Of a DNA stretch of 38,559 nt, positions 34,476 through 38,559 are shown in pieces (within the stretch, counting starts at the first letter, position 1; every line of letters starts with the position of its first letter). The notes beneath the pieces were generated by a model, which saw only the letters and a program-made list of their open reading frames with translations, searched no databases and was not told the DNA's origin. The position numbers were made by a program, and so were the translations under genes. The stretch comes from Corallochytrium limacisporum Hawaii (lineage: Eukaryota > Protista > Pluriformea), in assembly GCA_002811645.1 (NCBI GenBank), contig PDIP01000166.1, positions 1 through 38,559 of the forward strand. Direction: 5' to 3'.

Positions 34476-36032
34476 ACGCGTACTACGCTCTGTGTCCCCC
34501 CTGAACGCCACGAGCTCGATCTCTTCACAACCCCACACTTCCCCCCCTCCCCGGGGGCCGGGGGGTGAGGAAGTCTACACATCGCCCGGTGCCTTATCGC
34601 TCTCCAACTGAAGCGTCTTTCTTCTGTATTGGTTGGCTCGCGACTCACGAAAAAAGTGACCAGGAGAAAACAACGAAAGTGCACCGGGAGCGGGACAGGC
34701 AAGCGCGCGAGACCAAAGTGCCTGACCAAAATGAACCAACAGGCCCAAAGCACAGAAATCTTTCTTTTTGGCTTGCGATTTTTTGTGTTTGTCATTTTAA
34801 TTTCAGATATTGCAGAACCTTCTTCAGCTCCACGGGCTAGGCATGTCACGACTGAGTTCTCCCCCCCCCCCCCGGGGGGGGGGGGNNNNNNNNNNNNNNN
34901 NNNNNNNNNNNNNNNNNNNNNNNNNNNNNNNNNNNNNNNNNNNNNNNNNNNNNNNNNNNNNNNNNNNNNNNNNNNNNNNNNNNNNNNNNNNNNNNNNNNN
35001 NNNNNNNNNNNNNNNNNNNNNNNNNNNNNNNNNNNNNNNNNNNNNNNNNNNNNNNNNNNNNNNNNNNNNNNNNNNNNNNNNNNNNNNNNNNNNNNNNNNN
35101 NNNNNNNNNNNNNNNNNNNNNNNNNNNNNNNNNNNNNNNNNNNNNNNNNNNNNNNNNNNNNNNNNNNNNNNNNNNNNNNNNNNNNNNNNNNNNNNNNNNN
35201 NNNNNNNNNNNNNNNNNNNNNNNNNNNNNNNNNNNNNNNNNNNNNNNNNNNNNNNNNNNNNNNNNNNNNNNNNNNNNNNNNNNNNNNNNNNNNNNNNNNN
35301 NNNNNNNNNNNNNNNNNNNNNNNNNNNNNNNNNNNNNNNNNNNNNNNNNNNNNNNNNNNNNNNNNNNNNNNNNNNNNNNNNNNNNNNNNNNNNNNNNNNN
35401 NNNNNNNNNNNNNNNNNNNNNNNNNNNNNNNNNNNNNNNNNNNNNNNNNNNNNNNNNNNNNNNNNNNNNNNNNNNNNNNNNNNNNNNNNNNNNNNNNNNN
35501 NNNNNNNNNNNNNNNNNNNNNNNNNNNNNNNNNNNNNNNNNNNNNNNNNNNNNNNNNNNNNNNNNNNNNNNNNNNNNNNNNNNNNNNNNNNNNNNNNNNN
35601 NNNNNNNNNNNNNNNNNNNNNNNNNNNNNNNNNNNNNNNNNNNNNNNNNNNNNNNNNNNNNNNNNNNNNNNNNNNNNNNNNNNNNNNNNNNNNNNNNNNN
35701 NNNNNNNNNNNNNNNNNNNNNNNNNNNNNNNNNNNNNNNNNNNNNNNNNNNNNNNNNNNNNNNNNNNNNNNNNNNNNNNNNNNNNNNNNNNNNNNNNNNN
35801 NNNNNNNNNNNNNNNNNNNNNNNNNNNNNNNNNNNNNNNNNNNNNNNNNNNNNNNNNNNNNNNNGTGTGTGTGCGTCGGAGTATGGTTATGAGCGTGTAG
35901 GCGGTTCGTTGAGTGGTCCGTTCGTTTTGGGTACTGACGGTGCAAGGGGGGCGGGCCGGGGGGGGGGAAGTGTGGGGTTGTGAAGAGATCGAGCTCGTGG
36001 CGTTCAGGGGGGACACAGAGCGTAATACGCGT
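34476..36032. mobile_element. Candidate TIR-bounded (MITE/foldback-like) element with interior mostly in a gap
   Basis: 34476-34547 and 35961-36032 are inverted copies matching at 71 of 72 nt. No target-site duplication or transposase is visible. Confidence 0.45.
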
Positions 36033-36040
36033 GCTGCACG

Positions 36041-36045
<5 letters not shown>

Positions 36046-36071
<26 letters not shown>
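36046..36071 (+). repeat. (AG)n microsatellite
   Basis: Read directly from the sequence. Confidence 0.9.
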
Positions 36072-36409
36072 GGAAAGAGACTGAGGTCGCAAGCTGGCGA
36101 GAACCTCTATCCCCCATCCAAACGTTGGGGAAAGGACCGTGCAAGCCTACGGTGTTCGCAGGGAGGTCACCCCATGGACAAAGCTTGCAAAGGACCGTCT
36201 CCAGCCTTCGTCACTTTTTCCATATGGATGATTACAAACATGCCAAAGTACAGAAATGTTTCCGATATTGATGATTTGAGCGCTCATCACATTTTGGTTT
36301 CGGGACAAGGAGAACAGGTAGGGTATTTAAGGGGATGGGATCGGCAAGAGATGCTTAATGCCAGCTATCAACTACCAAGTACTTAGCTACTGTCAAGTTT
36401 ACCAAAACC

Positions 36410-36952
36410 ATGAAGTTCTTGCTTTCCACTTTCCTCGGCGCCATGGCTGTTGCTACAGTCTCTGCAGACTGCCCTGATGTCAACGCTTGGATCCAATGCA
36501 ATGACCTCTTCAAAGACGGCGACATCCTCTCCCTGACGTCCTCGGACACGTGGAACGGTGTTCAGTATTACCAGGTACAAGGTGCCATCCGAGACAAATT
36601 CCGCATCGATGCAGAATGCCCTGATTATGCTCTGAGCCAGATGCGGTTCCCTGCGACCGCAAACTTTGGCAGTGCCCAAAGGCAAACCACTGAAGTCTCT
36701 AACAATGGCGTGGACATCAGGATGAAGCCCGTGAGACGCAGTGGAAACAAGTATTTGCAGATTACTATTGACCCTGATGACGACATGAAGACTCCTTACA
36801 ACATCAACTACCTCTGGGGCTCGTATCACGGGGTGTGGGGCACAGTAAAGTACGACCAGGATTCTGGTGAGAATCCTAAGGTTGATCCTCCGTCCTTTGA
36901 CTCACATTCCTCTGACGCACTGTGCAAGCTCAAGAAGATATCCAGCAGCTAA
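36410..36952 (+). CDS. Secreted protein of unknown function
   Basis: 180 aa with a classical signal peptide MKFLLSTFLGAMAVATVSA|DCP, 4 Cys, A-rich start context aaaaccATG, and C/T-biased third positions like the housekeeping genes here. Confidence 0.85.
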   Translation: MKFLLSTFLGAMAVATVSADCPDVNAWIQCNDLFKDGDILSLTSSDTWNGVQYYQVQGAIRDKFRIDAECPDYALSQMRFPATANFGSAQRQTTEVSNNGVDIRMKPVRRSGNKYLQITIDPDDDMKTPYNINYLWGSYHGVWGTVKYDQDSGENPKVDPPSFDSHSSDALCKLKKISSS

Positions 36953-37161
36953 GTTTAGCAGATTTTCAGAGGCCTTGACAGGTTGCCAATTTCTTCAGGT
37001 TATAGGCGCGCAGTGATTTTGGAAAGCGACTCATTTTCATAAAACATTTTGATCATAAATGGACCTCTGTTAGTCTTTTGCATCGACGACAAGTAAGACA
37101 TGAACCAGCAGATACTTGTGGTGAAAGATTTGCATGCATGAAATACAGTTTATAAGGGCGG

Positions 37162-38046
37162 CTATACCATAGCAAAGCCACGAACTTTTGTGGCCGTGAA
37201 GTTAGGGCAAGTGCTGTGCGCATCAAAGTGAGCAGTCCCGCAGATTTCAATGCTCATGCCCCAGTAATCTGCCGTAAAATCGCTGTAGACTGTGGTGGTC
37301 TGGTTGCCAGTACCACCAGTGCTCAGAAGCTGAGGAATACAAATGCGGTCATGATTTTCCGTGAAAGTGAAGTGATACTCAGTCTGGGTACTATTGTACT
37401 CAACTACTAGCGTATCCTGAAAATTACATGGAGCTGTGGTTTGATCGTAGTCATATATACCCGTGACACCATGTTTAAGTTCAGTATGGTCCATATGGAA
37501 AGCGGCCATGGTGGAGTTCTTCCCCCAGGACATCGTGATAGTGTTATTGGGGTCAGGGCCAGGTATAGAATTAGTGAGGGTGATCGAGGGTTGGAAGTAG
37601 CCATTGGGAATGGGGGCAGCTGGAACGATGGCACCGGCTATGTCCGCTTTGGCAATATGGGGACACTGGCCGTTTTCGTAGTATTGCATGAGGTCGCAGA
37701 CTTCAATGGACTGCGAGGATCCGTCCCCATTGGTAGTATGAAAGCCCCACACCACGGCAGCACCGATGATACTGTTGCTGATGCCGTCAACGGCTACCGA
37801 ACCAACACCAGGGACACCAGGAGTCAGATGCATCCGAGCAGTGGCGGTGCCAGAGGGCAAGTCCATGGTCAGAGTCTGGTAGCCAGTGGCATTAAAGTTT
37901 TTCCAAGTGAAGGTGGTGCTCACACCAGGTTCAACTAAGGTGTCTTGAATTGACGGGCTGAAAGCATTCGGTTGTTTTGGAAGCCAGGAGGTTTCCACCG
38001 CTCTCCAGTTGTAGGAATTGTAGATTGTGAGTTCTATACTGGCCAT
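37162..38046 (-). CDS. Orphan Thr-rich beta protein with two tandem homologous domains
   Basis: 294-aa ORF with start context acaaacATGG. Both halves end in SIE(V/I)C-x10-CP. Confidence 0.82.
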   Translation of the reverse strand: MASIELTIYNSYNWRAVETSWLPKQPNAFSPSIQDTLVEPGVSTTFTWKNFNATGYQTLTMDLPSGTATARMHLTPGVPGVGSVAVDGISNSIIGAAVVWGFHTTNGDGSSQSIEVCDLMQYYENGQCPHIAKADIAGAIVPAAPIPNGYFQPSITLTNSIPGPDPNNTITMSWGKNSTMAAFHMDHTELKHGVTGIYDYDQTTAPCNFQDTLVVEYNSTQTEYHFTFTENHDRICIPQLLSTGGTGNQTTTVYSDFTADYWGMSIEICGTAHFDAHSTCPNFTATKVRGFAMV

Positions 38047-38559
38047 GTTTGTCAGGACTTACGGTTCAGTGTGCTGATCGTTGTTTTGATCTCTGTCGAG
38101 AAGCACCTGATCTTTCTTAACGAATGCACCTCCTCAGGTACCCTTTTCAACACCTTCATCCAAAAACCTCTAACAACCTTTGAAAAATGTTCACACAGAC
38201 CTCTGTGGGGCTAGAGGCAACAAAACTGGCGTACAAGGTATGGCAGGACCTCCCGGATTGATGATCATTCAGCCTGATGGGCCGGTACCGACCTCCCGCC
38301 AGGGGGTCCCAAACCTCGCGTTTCCTCACATTGAACATTCACAAGACCACAGTGGATCTCAAGTGGCAGAAGTACTGTCACAAATGATGGATTCAGAGCC
38401 TCTAGACTAAAAGCCAGACAACGGCGACCTCAGGTAGACCAGGGAAGTTCGTAGGGTAGCGGAAGAAAGGGGGGAAAGGGATGGTACCCCCTAGGGCTAG
38501 CAAGAAAAGTGTGTAAATCAGGACCCAGTAGATGAATGAATACCGTTGAGGTTAGGGTT

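Noticed and set aside
34220-36092. Long ORFs of 360-607 aa
   Set aside because: They are open only because they run through the N gap; the same applies to ORFs over 8545-8783 and 27251-27541.

Overview
This is eukaryotic nuclear DNA from a draft scaffold with three N-gaps (8545-8783, 27251-27541, 34886-35863). It is intron-poor, and there is no sign of operons, CRISPR, tRNA or rRNA. Protein features (single-domain animal-type glyoxalase I, DGK-epsilon-like kinase, GTAAGT/GCTAAC/CAG intron) suggest a unicellular opisthokont, but this is inference only. Eleven genes are supportable: an epoxide-hydrolase-type alpha/beta hydrolase, two PPxY-motif proteins (one single-pass and Cys-rich), a diacylglycerol kinase, COX6B (two exons), TIM13, glyoxalase I, a PIN-like membrane carrier, a 3-beta-HSD/NSDHL-family SDR, and two orphan beta-rich proteins. 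The best lead is an intronless carrier with the 5TM-long loop-5TM layout and motif set of plant long PIN auxin exporters, in an apparently non-plant genome. Other leads: a TIM13 that has lost both cysteines of its outer disulfide, a DGK with about 120 aa inserted inside a C1 zinc finger, an orphan built from a duplicated domain, a 72-bp inverted repeat pair bracketing about 1.56 kb, and about ten dispersed C-run/G-run hairpin motifs in intergenic DNA. All identifications come from motif reading by eye; no searches were run.
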